Positions 6,364 to 13,754 of a DNA stretch of 13,754 bases are shown here, piece by piece. How positions within the stretch are numbered: the first letter of the stretch is position 1; each line of letters starts with the position of its first letter. The notes under the pieces are model-generated. The model was not told the origin of the DNA and did no database searches. It saw only the letters and a program-made list of their open reading frames with translations. The translations under genes were made by a program, and so were the position numbers. The DNA is from Candidatus Bathyarchaeia archaeon. GTDB lineage: Archaea > Thermoproteota > Bathyarchaeia > 40CM-2-53-6. The stretch covers positions 1 through 13,754 of the forward strand of contig JBEKSC010000044.1 in assembly GCA_049517415.1 (NCBI GenBank), in the 5' to 3' direction.

Positions 6364-8151
6364 TCAACAGAGGAAGAGGAAGAGTGCGCTGCCAAGGAAA
6401 AGTGCACTGGGCGCCAACAAAAAGATGACCAGCCACGACCTCCTACTCAGGATGTGCAGAAAGCGAACCTTACGCCCTAGGTTTCCTATTGGCAGCCCAA
6501 TGTAGAATCCCCCAATGAGGACGTCGACAATAAGACTCGACAGCAATACTGATCCGGGCAAGTAGGTTGGGACTGCAACAGAGCAACGCGTTTCAAACTG
6601 CTGACTAGGAATGGCGTTGGTGCTATTTGCGATTGTGATGACGATGCTGACCGTATGGGCATTTGTTCCATCGCTTCCCTGCACGACTACCAGGTGTGTA
6701 CCGGGCGGCGCGGTAGGCGAGATGTTGATTTCGAAATTGGATGAAGCATTGCCTCCCAACGGGACATTGACTGGATTGGGATCAAAGCCGGACAACGCCA
6801 CTCCAGCAGGAAGGTTGGTCGGTTTGAAAGTCACACTTCCCGTATACCCTGAAACGGAAGTGCCGGTGACAGCGAGCGGTACGGAGGCCCCCTGCGCCAG
6901 AGAAATGTGTGAAGAGGAGAGGCTAAGAGCATAATCCGGGTTCGAAACTGAAAGTCGGGCGATCTTGTTCGCTCCCGGTTCACTAATCCAAACACTGCCA
7001 GACGAATCAACCACCACATTCCCCGGCAAGGCTGATCCCAATACATACTGTACAAACGGGCCCTCCTCTGAAGAGGGGAGAAAACTTGTGGTCGGAGCTA
7101 CTGCCTGAACAGCTTCTGTGGCCTGAGTGATTGTTGGCGAAAGGACTCTAGGGGGCCCTCCAGAAGGCGAGGTTAGAGGGGTAGTTGGGTAAAGCGTCCC
7201 GTTACCGAGATCGTTCAAGTACGCTACTGATTCATTCCCTCCTAGAGTAGATTGCTCCACAACCCAGGGTTGTTGGGTCAATGGGTTGATGCTTATCCCT
7301 CTCGGATTCGAACCGGGAACCGGAATACGCCATTCCTGAACTATGTTTCCACGAAGAACCCCGACAAAGTTGTCGGCACTGGACTGGTTAGCTACCCCTT
7401 GAGTATACCAAAGTTCGCCATGTGAATCAAACGTGAGGAAACGACCCACAGCCGATCCGTGACTGGGCAACGGGTACAGCGTGTACTGCTGCGACGCGCG
7501 ATCCCATCTGACGAGCGCGGAGAAACCTGCGAACCAAACGGAATCCGTACCCGCATAAACCCCATAAGCTCCCCCTCCCACGGCAGTGGGAAACGTATCC
7601 TCGTAGAACGTTACATTCCCTGTCTTTGTATCGTAAATGAATTCCCCGTTGCTATTTCTCGTGGTTTCGGTAAACCAAACCCGCGTCACACCACCAGGTG
7701 GTTCAACAGAAATGTAACCGACCCCGGTGTTTCCTCGTTGAAGCGAATATTCTTCAAATGATCCGGATCGAGGTGAGAAAGCGAAGACCTTGTCTGATCC
7801 GAACTCCGTACCCCAGATTGTCATCATGCCGGAGATCGTTGTTATCGCGATGCTGTAAGGGTTAGAATTGGCGGTTGGAATAGGCCATTCTTGGAAAACA
7901 TTTGTTCTGGGATCAAAATGAGCGATTTTGTTTCCGTAATACTCCAGGAACCAACAGCACTCGCCGGACTGGTCTAGCGTTAACGCCCACGGGCCACTTT
8001 GAGGTGTCGGCACTGTCCATTCAGTCAGCGAGGCAGAGGTTTGTGGAGACATTGTTCTGATCGCAAAAACATGTGGAAGGGTAAGTTGGGAGGATATTGT
8101 AACAATGATCGCAATCCCAAACAGGATTTTTGCTGCACCTGAACTGTTCAC
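6364..8151 (-). CDS. Secreted/membrane-anchored Vgb (virginiamycin B lyase)-like beta-propeller protein with an Ig-like domain and C-terminal TM helices
   Basis: N-terminal signal-like helix. Blade repeats (EWTVPTPQSGPWALTLDQSG..WFLEYYGNKIAHFDP; EWPIPTANSNPYSIA; EWRIPVPGSNPRGI; VVVDSSGSVWISEPGANKIARL). DYALSLSSSHISLAQGASV...GYTGSVTF Ig-like domain; two hydrophobic C-terminal segments. Confidence 0.8.
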   Translation of the reverse strand: MNSSGAAKILFGIAIIVTISSQLTLPHVFAIRTMSPQTSASLTEWTVPTPQSGPWALTLDQSGECCWFLEYYGNKIAHFDPRTNVFQEWPIPTANSNPYSIAITTISGMMTIWGTEFGSDKVFAFSPRSGSFEEYSLQRGNTGVGYISVEPPGGVTRVWFTETTRNSNGEFIYDTKTGNVTFYEDTFPTAVGGGAYGVYAGTDSVWFAGFSALVRWDRASQQYTLYPLPSHGSAVGRFLTFDSHGELWYTQGVANQSSADNFVGVLRGNIVQEWRIPVPGSNPRGISINPLTQQPWVVEQSTLGGNESVAYLNDLGNGTLYPTTPLTSPSGGPPRVLSPTITQATEAVQAVAPTTSFLPSSEEGPFVQYVLGSALPGNVVVDSSGSVWISEPGANKIARLSVSNPDYALSLSSSHISLAQGASVPLAVTGTSVSGYTGSVTFKPTNLPAGVALSGFDPNPVNVPLGGNASSNFEINISPTAPPGTHLVVVQGSDGTNAHTVSIVITIANSTNAIPSQQFETRCSVAVPTYLPGSVLLSSLIVDVLIGGFYIGLPIGNLGRKVRFLHILSRRSWLVIFLLAPSALFLGSALFLFLC

Positions 8152-8524
8152 GGTTAAACCTTCCCTGATTGGAGAAGCTTTGAACGCTATTTCTCCATTT
8201 CGAAATTAGCTCAGGAGCCATAGATGCTAAAACTTCACGCCTTCCCACCGATGTGTATCGCTGAGCAATAGGGAGTCAACACATTTCGTGGGACTTGTGT
8301 CTGGCTGGATTATGTCGGATCTGACCTATCGAGCATCGGTAATGTCATTAGCTTCGCGTACATCTAACTCGATCGCGCACTATTGATAACTGCCAAAGGA
8401 TGATACCGAGTTAATCCGTAAATACATGGGCTCTAGATTGAATTCTGTATCGCGAGCGCTGGCCCTCATCCCTGTTGCGGGGGCATAACGCTGAGAAGCT
8501 TGCAACATGGAGCACTAGATACCG

Positions 8525-9595
8525 TTACAATGCACAGGCTGCGAGAAGCCTTGCTATCATGAGCGCATCACGGATGTATATTTTCATTGGGATTAGCATT
8601 GGGCCGGTCCAGTCGTTGAGGGAATCCGAAACGTGTCCTAAGTAATAGAAGGTGTCGCGGAGCGTAGCCTTCTGAGATTCGTTAACAAGCTGAAGTTTAT
8701 GGTATGCCACTTTCTGTTGCTCAAGCAGCTCGTTGTATTCCCGGCGTTCGGTTGCTAGGCGCTGCTCAGAGAGCACGTGACCTACTTCGTTTTGCAAACT
8801 CCGGACTTCATCTTGCCAGCTCCGGACCACATCTTGCGAGCTGCGGGCATTCGTTTCTCTTTCGAGTGTTTCACAACGACGCTTCCAATGAATGACGCTT
8901 TTGTAGAGTGTGGATACCAGGATCAGTTCATCCGATTGCTGGTAGAGAACTTTCCCAATAATGCTGAACATGGGCGGGTTGATGTGACGGGGGACCAGGC
9001 CTGTGTCTTTGAGCCGTTGAATCCAGACGAGTGCATCCAGCCCTGGGCTTGAAAAGGAATACGTGATATCGTTCGACAGGTTGGTGAGCAAAAATCCGAT
9101 TGAGTTGGGTTCACGTGATCGGAAGGTCCACGAATCAGGCCCATGAGGGAACAAGGGTGACAGGATTTTCAAGCCCATTGCGGCCTGAAGCTCCTTTGGA
9201 TCACCCGTGCCGCGTGCCAGGTAGTTGATTCCCAGCAGCGAGTGGCTTCTACGCCACCAGAGGGCTCGGTCTCGGCCCCGAGGCGTGACGGCATAGATGT
9301 TCCTGACGCCTTTATTGTAGCCGCCTCGCACACGTCGGGGACCTTTGAATTTCAGTAGATGCCTTCTTTCGCTTAATCTTGACAAGATTTTTTGAATGTA
9401 ACTGCGAGGATATGATTGCAATGAAGGCCATTGGGCCGCCTGGTCGGAGGTAAAGAAGACGCATCGGTTTATGTCGGCGTCGTGTATCAGTAACGCGAGG
9501 AATTCATTCGCACCTTGTCGGAATCGATCTCTACTGCGTCCGCTCGCCATGATTTCATAGGCGGCCCGAAGGAGTGGAGGACTCATGCTTCTCAT
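8525..9595 (-). CDS. Hypothetical protein with N-terminal winged-helix-like segment and C-terminal coiled coil
   Basis: 356-aa ORF. SYIQKILSRLSERRHLLKF...NIYAVTPRGRDRA resembles a wHTH recognition helix and wing; RCETLERETN...LQNEVGHVLSEQRLATERREYNELLEQQK is heptad-like. The start codon is uncertain. Confidence 0.6.
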   Translation of the reverse strand: MRSMSPPLLRAAYEIMASGRSRDRFRQGANEFLALLIHDADINRCVFFTSDQAAQWPSLQSYPRSYIQKILSRLSERRHLLKFKGPRRVRGGYNKGVRNIYAVTPRGRDRALWWRRSHSLLGINYLARGTGDPKELQAAMGLKILSPLFPHGPDSWTFRSREPNSIGFLLTNLSNDITYSFSSPGLDALVWIQRLKDTGLVPRHINPPMFSIIGKVLYQQSDELILVSTLYKSVIHWKRRCETLERETNARSSQDVVRSWQDEVRSLQNEVGHVLSEQRLATERREYNELLEQQKVAYHKLQLVNESQKATLRDTFYYLGHVSDSLNDWTGPMLIPMKIYIRDALMIARLLAACAL

Positions 9596-9641
9596 CTGCG
9601 GATCGACGTTTCATCAGAGTGTTAAGAACTTACGTCGCGAC

Positions 9642-9675
9642 AAATGTCTGCGCAGAGTTTTTAACGCAGACATTT
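9642..9675. repeat. Perfect 11-bp inverted repeat enclosing a TATA-like spacer, in a divergent intergenic region
   Basis: AAATGTCTGCG (9642-9652) - CAGAGTTTTTAA - CGCAGACATTT (9665-9675). Confidence 0.7.
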
Positions 9676-9783
9676 CAGGCGCTCCATCAGATCTGGACAA
9701 GAATTGTCTGCAGCTCCGGAATCGCCACAAGTCAATCGGTGAGTTTAGAAGACGGCCTCTTCGGATCCTTATTGACTAATCAT

Positions 9784-9999
9784 ATGGCAAAGAAGAAAGT
9801 CACACTCCTCAGCCAGGGTCAGTGGAATTCCATCATTGATTCCCTCGTCCATCCTGCCACGAAAAAACGTCCAGAGTTCTGGGCGCTTGATACGCTGCTC
9901 CATGGCTTTGTTGAACAGAATCCCGAAGTGACCTTGCGAAAATTCGTCAAGTATACCGTTCCGAAACTTCTGAAGGAGGCTATACACGAGAAGAAATGA
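9784..9999 (+). CDS. Small basic hypothetical protein (71 aa)
   Basis: ATG at 9784 (MAKKKVTLLSQGQWNSIIDSLVHP...KEAIHEKK). The longer track ORF from 9574 would overlap the divergent gene start and the repeat region. A hairpin TTCCTTC/GAAGGAA follows at 10013-10033. Confidence 0.55.
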   Translation: MAKKKVTLLSQGQWNSIIDSLVHPATKKRPEFWALDTLLHGFVEQNPEVTLRKFVKYTVPKLLKEAIHEKK

Positions 10000-10080
10000 A
10001 TTTACACTCGAATTCCTTCCCGTAATGAAGGAAAGCGAAATATCTATGATATGCGACGGTCACAAGCGCTATAGATAGCT

Positions 10081-10353
10081 TTGAAAGTGGTTTCGGGCAT
10101 TCTGAATGCGCTTTTCCTTACCATGTTTCTGTTCGGACTGCTCACCTGGCTGTATGTTGTGGTAATCCAGGTATCACATCCTTCTTATTTGCCGACGGCT
10201 CTAAGTCACATTAATGTATTCCCACTAAATCTGCGAGTCGACCTAACCGGCATTCTTGGCTTCGGTATCTCAGCCGTCGGATTCTTCCTCTGGCAACTTT
10301 CTCTCCAACAAAGTGACTCCAAATCAAATGCACGAAATACCGGACGACGCTGA
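10081..10353 (+). CDS. Small membrane protein (two predicted TM helices)
   Basis: Hydrophobic segments ILNALFLTMFLFGLLTWLYVVVI and LTGILGFGISAVGFFLW; polar/basic C-terminus. Confidence 0.7.
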   Translation: MKVVSGILNALFLTMFLFGLLTWLYVVVIQVSHPSYLPTALSHINVFPLNLRVDLTGILGFGISAVGFFLWQLSLQQSDSKSNARNTGRR

Positions 10354-10420
10354 CGCGATTTTTGCAGACTCTATTTGCTGAAAGATCTCAAATCCGCTGG
10401 CGTTCCGTACACTACAATCC

Positions 10421-10471
10421 TCTGCTTTTTCCTATTCTTTAGGGAGAAGAAGTGAAAGAAGAGCCTCTTTG
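10421..10471. terminator. Candidate bidirectional pyrimidine-rich terminator between convergent units
   Basis: Plus strand TCTGCTTTTTCCTATTCTTT; minus strand CTCTTCTTTCACTTCTTCTCCC directly after the TAA of the orphan flippase tail. Confidence 0.4.
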
Positions 10472-10728
10472 TTATTGGGCTACGACTAGCCGCGACAAAA
10501 TGTCGCACATTCTACTGGAACGTGGTCCGAGCGTACGCCGGAGTAGGTCAATGTCGGCTGTACTCATCGCCTTCAATGCCCGCATCGCAAGAAGGTAGGC
10601 GAGGAGCCCGACTGCAAGGTAAGCTGGGAGTAGAAATCGGCTGTAATAGAACAGCTGGAGGGCTTCCATGACCAAGGCCATACCCCCGCTGGCCACGACG
10701 CTCTTCAGGATGGCTTGCGCGTCAAGTT
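10472..10728 (-). pseudogene. Orphan 3' end (84 codons) of a polysaccharide flippase gene
   Basis: Ungapped direct repeat of 13310-13566 (offset 2838). LDAQAILKSVVASGGMALVMEALQ...RLVVAQ is 66/84 identical to the other copy. Similarity stops at 10728, where an in-frame TAA precedes it. Confidence 0.88.
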
Positions 10729-10812
10729 ACCACGAGCCCTACAAGAGGATAGGATCTTCGAATCCACTACGGCTATATGTGATCAGCGAGATGCTGGTTC
10801 ATTGAATCTAGG

Positions 10813-11295
10813 ATGACACGAGCCTCGGATTGGCTGATCCTTATCATCGCAATCCTAGTCGCGGTAACCATGATCGGCCCGCTGTATCCATCAGCTCAGA
10901 TCAACCAGCCTCTGCAACCAAGTTTTGGTCAAGCCATTGTGGCCGTCAATAATGCGGAGGCGGCGGGGGCTACTCCAAACGAAACTGCTCCGCTGGTAAC
11001 TCTTCTCAATAAGGCGCTTGAATTGAACCAAGAAGCATCAAGCTTGCCCCCCAATCAAACCGAACAACGTAATGCCCTATTATCAAGCGTGAACGAAATT
11101 CTGACGAATGTAACTAATCAAGCAAACGATTTAACCTCTACATCAGCCCGAAGAACCTACACGAACAAGATCATAACATACCTCAGCGGCATAGTTGTAG
11201 CAGTCGTCGGAACGTTCGCCTACGTACTCGGCGTGGAACTTTACCAGAGATATCGCATCAAACGAACTTTCCAGATGAGGGTCAAAGCGAAATGA
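10813..11295 (+). CDS. Membrane-anchored helical hypothetical protein (N- and C-terminal TM), partner of DUF1616
   Basis: Signal/TM helix, helical ectodomain (GQAIVAVNNAEAAGA...LVTLLNKALEL), C-terminal TM and basic tail. 4-nt ATGA overlap with the next gene. Confidence 0.75.
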   Translation: MTRASDWLILIIAILVAVTMIGPLYPSAQINQPLQPSFGQAIVAVNNAEAAGATPNETAPLVTLLNKALELNQEASSLPPNQTEQRNALLSSVNEILTNVTNQANDLTSTSARRTYTNKIITYLSGIVVAVVGTFAYVLGVELYQRYRIKRTFQMRVKAK

Positions 11296-11936
11296 AGTTC
11301 ATATCAACACAGAATAAACGAACGCTAATCGCGGTCTTCATCGCCCTCATTGTAGTCGCGGAAACGGCGGCGTTCGTGGCGACCACGCCACGCCCACAGG
11401 AACTATTCTTCCAATTCTACGTCCTCGGCTCGAACAGGCTTGCTGCAGACTACTACCCACAAAACAACACCAACGTTCGCGTAGCCTCGCCCCTGTCATG
11501 GTATGTTGGCGTAACCAACTTCATGGGAAACGTACAATTAGTCGAGATAAGATTGAAGTTAGGAAACGAAACCACAACTCCCCCCAACGACACTAGTAAT
11601 ACCCCCTCATCGGCGCCCGAACTCATAACATTCGACCGATTCCTGATGAACAACGAAACCTGGGAATTCCCATTCGCCTGGAGCATAACCAACGCCACTG
11701 CGACAGGTGGATCCACCCGTATCCTCACAGCAAAAATTAACAATGAAACCTACGAGATATCAAATTGGTCCGCCACCAACGGCTACAACTTCCGGCTCAT
11801 TCTTGAACTCTGGGTATGGCAGACCAACACAAATGCGTTCGAATATGGCTGGAGCAGCAATGGAGAAAGACGAACAGCATGGCTTCAGATATGGTTCAAC
11901 ATGACCAACCCCAGTAGTCCTCCACCACCAGCCTGA
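11292..11936 (+). CDS. DUF1616-family protein, extracellular (C-terminal) half
   Basis: One TM, then TPRPQELFFQFYVLGSNRLAADYYP...WYVGVTNFMG...RLILELW...WLQIWFNMT, resembling the DUF1616 ectodomain; many N-x-S/T sequons. Confidence 0.8.
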   Translation: MKFISTQNKRTLIAVFIALIVVAETAAFVATTPRPQELFFQFYVLGSNRLAADYYPQNNTNVRVASPLSWYVGVTNFMGNVQLVEIRLKLGNETTTPPNDTSNTPSSAPELITFDRFLMNNETWEFPFAWSITNATATGGSTRILTAKINNETYEISNWSATNGYNFRLILELWVWQTNTNAFEYGWSSNGERRTAWLQIWFNMTNPSSPPPPA

Positions 11937-12153
11937 TCCAACCATTGCTATCACTTTAGTAAATAGACGGAATGACTCTGCCTGATTAAGTGTGCAACGA
12001 TTAGGCAGCAAGTATCGATAGCATTACGTTGGCGGTCAGTGCCCTCAGGGACGCAATAAGCTTCGATCTTCTTCCCCTGACAACTTTCTCTGAGAAGTGA
12101 AGACAAAAAAACACACGAAACACGGGACGATGTCGACGTGATGCTAGCAAGCT

Positions 12154-12777
12154 CTATCTGAAGGACGTTAGATCCTGCTGGAAATATCCCCTAACGAGCG
12201 AGACTAAGACCAGTCCGAGGCTGATAATTGTTAGCGAAATCACGATGGGAGTCATCCTGATTCCCCACGGCGTATAGTTCAGCAGAAGGCCGATTAACGG
12301 CACCAATGCAAGACTCAATCCGATGCTCAACGCGAAACGTTCAAGCGAATTAAGCTCGCTCCTCCTAGATAACAGGGCCTCGACCGTCGCATATCCCGGG
12401 ATGAAGAGCACGAACACCGATCCAAGCACCCATCGAATGGACACCCAAGGCAAATCAGCCGGCACTACATATATCGATAAGATTGCCGCGAAAGCGAGCA
12501 CCAACGAACCGTAGAGTGCTAGGTGCCTTTCCCACAGTCCCAGAAACCGTGTGAAGGGTTTGGTAACGGGCCAAGCATCCTCTAACTGTGCTTTGCCCTC
12601 ATCGGACAAACGCCAAACCATGTCCACTACTTCCAATTCAGTTAACGATGGATTACTGATCCTTAACGCTCCATGTAACCGTTGGACACTCGTAGTGCCA
12701 TACTTGCCTAGGAATTCCAGAGTGAGTTGGTCGAGGCTTGATTCAGAGCCGGTGCTATGCGGTTTCTCACTTTTCAT
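12154..12777 (-). CDS. DUF1616-family protein, membrane (N-terminal) half, with an N-terminal wHTH-like domain
   Basis: IRWVLGSVFVLFIPGYATVEAL...ELNSLERFALSIGLSLALVPLIGLLLNYTPWGIR is the DUF1616 TM signature. Confidence 0.85.
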   Translation of the reverse strand: MKSEKPHSTGSESSLDQLTLEFLGKYGTTSVQRLHGALRISNPSLTELEVVDMVWRLSDEGKAQLEDAWPVTKPFTRFLGLWERHLALYGSLVLAFAAILSIYVVPADLPWVSIRWVLGSVFVLFIPGYATVEALLSRRSELNSLERFALSIGLSLALVPLIGLLLNYTPWGIRMTPIVISLTIISLGLVLVSLVRGYFQQDLTSFR

Positions 12778-12787
12778 TACGAGGCTC

Positions 12788-12970
12788 TCATATCCATCGG
12801 CCAGCCAACCTACAGACTGTGCGCATTACTTCGGATTGAGTGAGTGACGAAATTCTAGCTTTGAGCACATCACAGAGGTCCTGCAAGTTTGTTGTACCAT
12901 TTCCTTCGAGCATTTGCAGCGCTTGATCCTCAAGGCTCATGTCATAACTTTGCGATTTAGCAGTGTTCAT
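12788..12970 (-). CDS. Stand-alone (possibly truncated) paralog of the N-terminal wHTH-like domain of the downstream DUF1616 protein
   Basis: SLEDQALQMLEGNGTTNLQDLCDVLKARISSLTQSEVMRTVCRL aligns with SLDQLTLEFLGKYGTTSVQRLHGALRISNPSLTELEVVDMVWRL; 10-nt gap to the next ATG. Confidence 0.6.
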   Translation of the reverse strand: MNTAKSQSYDMSLEDQALQMLEGNGTTNLQDLCDVLKARISSLTQSEVMRTVCRLAGRWI

Positions 12971-13079
12971 TTGTAGATTTCACCGCCGCCATTTCATGCG
13001 TGCGGATACTTGAATGAATCTCAATTGATTCTTGGCCGCGGAATAGCCTCAAATCTCTCCAACGATCCTGAAGCAGTAA

Positions 13080-13223
13080 CTGGACCCAATCCGCCCAATT
13101 CGCTACGGTATCATCGCAAACAGCCTACACACCATACCCGTACCAGAATTCAGCGGAAGCGCAGCAGTCGCCTTCTCCGCGCTCGCAGCAAGCCTATACC
13201 TACTCAGACGCAGACGCAAGTAG
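13080..13223 (+). pseudogene. Orphan PEF-CTERM gene remnant (copy 3)
   Basis: Not in the ORF track: LDPIRPIRYGIIANSLHTIPVPEFSGSAAVAFSALAASLYLLRRRRK*, bounded by TAA at 13077-13079 and TAG at 13221-13223; no ATG/GTG/TTG start. Confidence 0.85.
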
Positions 13224-13238
13224 AATCACAGGGCGAAC

Positions 13239-13256
13239 GGGGCGCGAATGCGCCCC
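13239..13256. terminator. GC-rich hairpin between the convergent PEF remnant and the flippase
   Basis: GGGGCGC-GAAT-GCGCCCC, a perfect 7-bp stem. Confidence 0.5.
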
Positions 13257-13309
13257 TAAGCTTCCACTCAGATAGCCGTTGGTCACAGAGAAGCGGGAGA
13301 GTTTCGCGG

Positions 13310-13754
13310 TTAGGTGGATAGGACGAGGCGCGACAAGAAGTCGCATATTCTACCAAAGTGTGGTCCAAGCATACGTCGGAGTAAATCGATGTCGGCCGTA
13401 CCCATTGCCTTCAATGCCCTCATCCCGAGAAGATAAGCGAGGAACCCGACCGCAAGGTAAACTGGGAGCAAGAATCGACTGTAATAGAACAGTTGGAGGG
13501 CTTCCATGACCAAGGCCATACCCCCGCTGGCCAGTAGGCTCTTGAGAATGGTGTGAGAATCAAGTTTGACAGTGATCTTTCGCCGCACGAAATACCACGT
13601 CAGCCCGAGACTAAGCAGCATTGCAAGCGCGCGGGCAATCGAGGCGCCCACTATGCCCATCACCGAGACCAAGATCAATGCGGCGGCAACGCCGAGAGGG
13701 ATAGGAAGTATCGAGGTTAGGGCGGCAAGCCTTGTCTAGTTCAGAACGATCAGG
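13310..13754 (-). pseudogene. Wzx/MATE-like polysaccharide flippase, 3' part, with an in-frame TAG; 5'-partial
   Basis: The frame from the window edge reads LIVLN*TRLAALTSILPIPLGVAAALILVSVMGIVGASIARALAMLLSLGLTWYFVRRKITVKLD..., the C-terminal polysaccharide-biosynthesis (flippase) pattern. TAG at 13738-13736. Confidence 0.75.

Noticed and set aside
8152..8524. 373-bp intergenic region with a short TGGAGAA/TTCTCCA dyad (8170-8197)
   Set aside because: Only a 7-bp dyad; no convincing ORF, RNA gene or repeat array.
3104..9519. Extra ACCTTGTC occurrences (3104, 7787, 9512) as further insertion scars
   Set aside because: Isolated 8-mers without TIRs or duplication; two lie inside intact ORFs.
13010..13509. 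Track ORFs 13010..13321 and 13279..13509
   Set aside because: Alternate-frame or antisense shadows of the PEF remnant and the flippase.
13736..13738. TAG recoding (pyrrolysine/read-through) as the explanation for the flippase stop
   Set aside because: TAG ends several genes here at their expected termini (vapC 4160, UPF0175 5335, DUF1616 12154). PEF tail 3 has TAG exactly where the other two tails have TAA.
1..13754. CRISPR array, tRNA/rRNA, integrase, transposase or reverse transcriptase
   Set aside because: No regularly spaced repeats, cloverleaf or catalytic motifs of these enzymes were seen. The long repeats differ mainly at synonymous sites rather than specifically at adenines, so they are not DGR template/variable pairs.

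Overview
Archaeal accessory / cell-surface region. PEF-CTERM sorting tails, a split DUF1616 and UPF0175/DUF3368 and vapBC modules suggest a TACK lineage such as Bathyarchaeia (inference). In order: the 3' part of a >1000-aa PEF-CTERM surface protein gene; a ~3.1 kb toxin-antitoxin island with three TA pairs and a lone RHH gene, where one vapC is split by a 354-bp MITE (24-bp TIRs, 9-bp TSD, extensively base-paired interior) and another vapC is truncated; an orphan, frameshifted copy of the PEF-CTERM tail with its own terminator; a secreted Vgb-like beta-propeller; a wHTH/coiled-coil ORF divergent from a small ORF across a perfect inverted repeat; a small membrane protein; an orphan 3' end of a polysaccharide flippase; DUF1616-related genes; a third PEF-CTERM remnant; and the flippase gene, which carries an in-frame TAG. 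The most striking pattern occurs twice: gene -> cargo -> diverged orphan copy of that gene's 3' end plus terminator, with no integrase in view.
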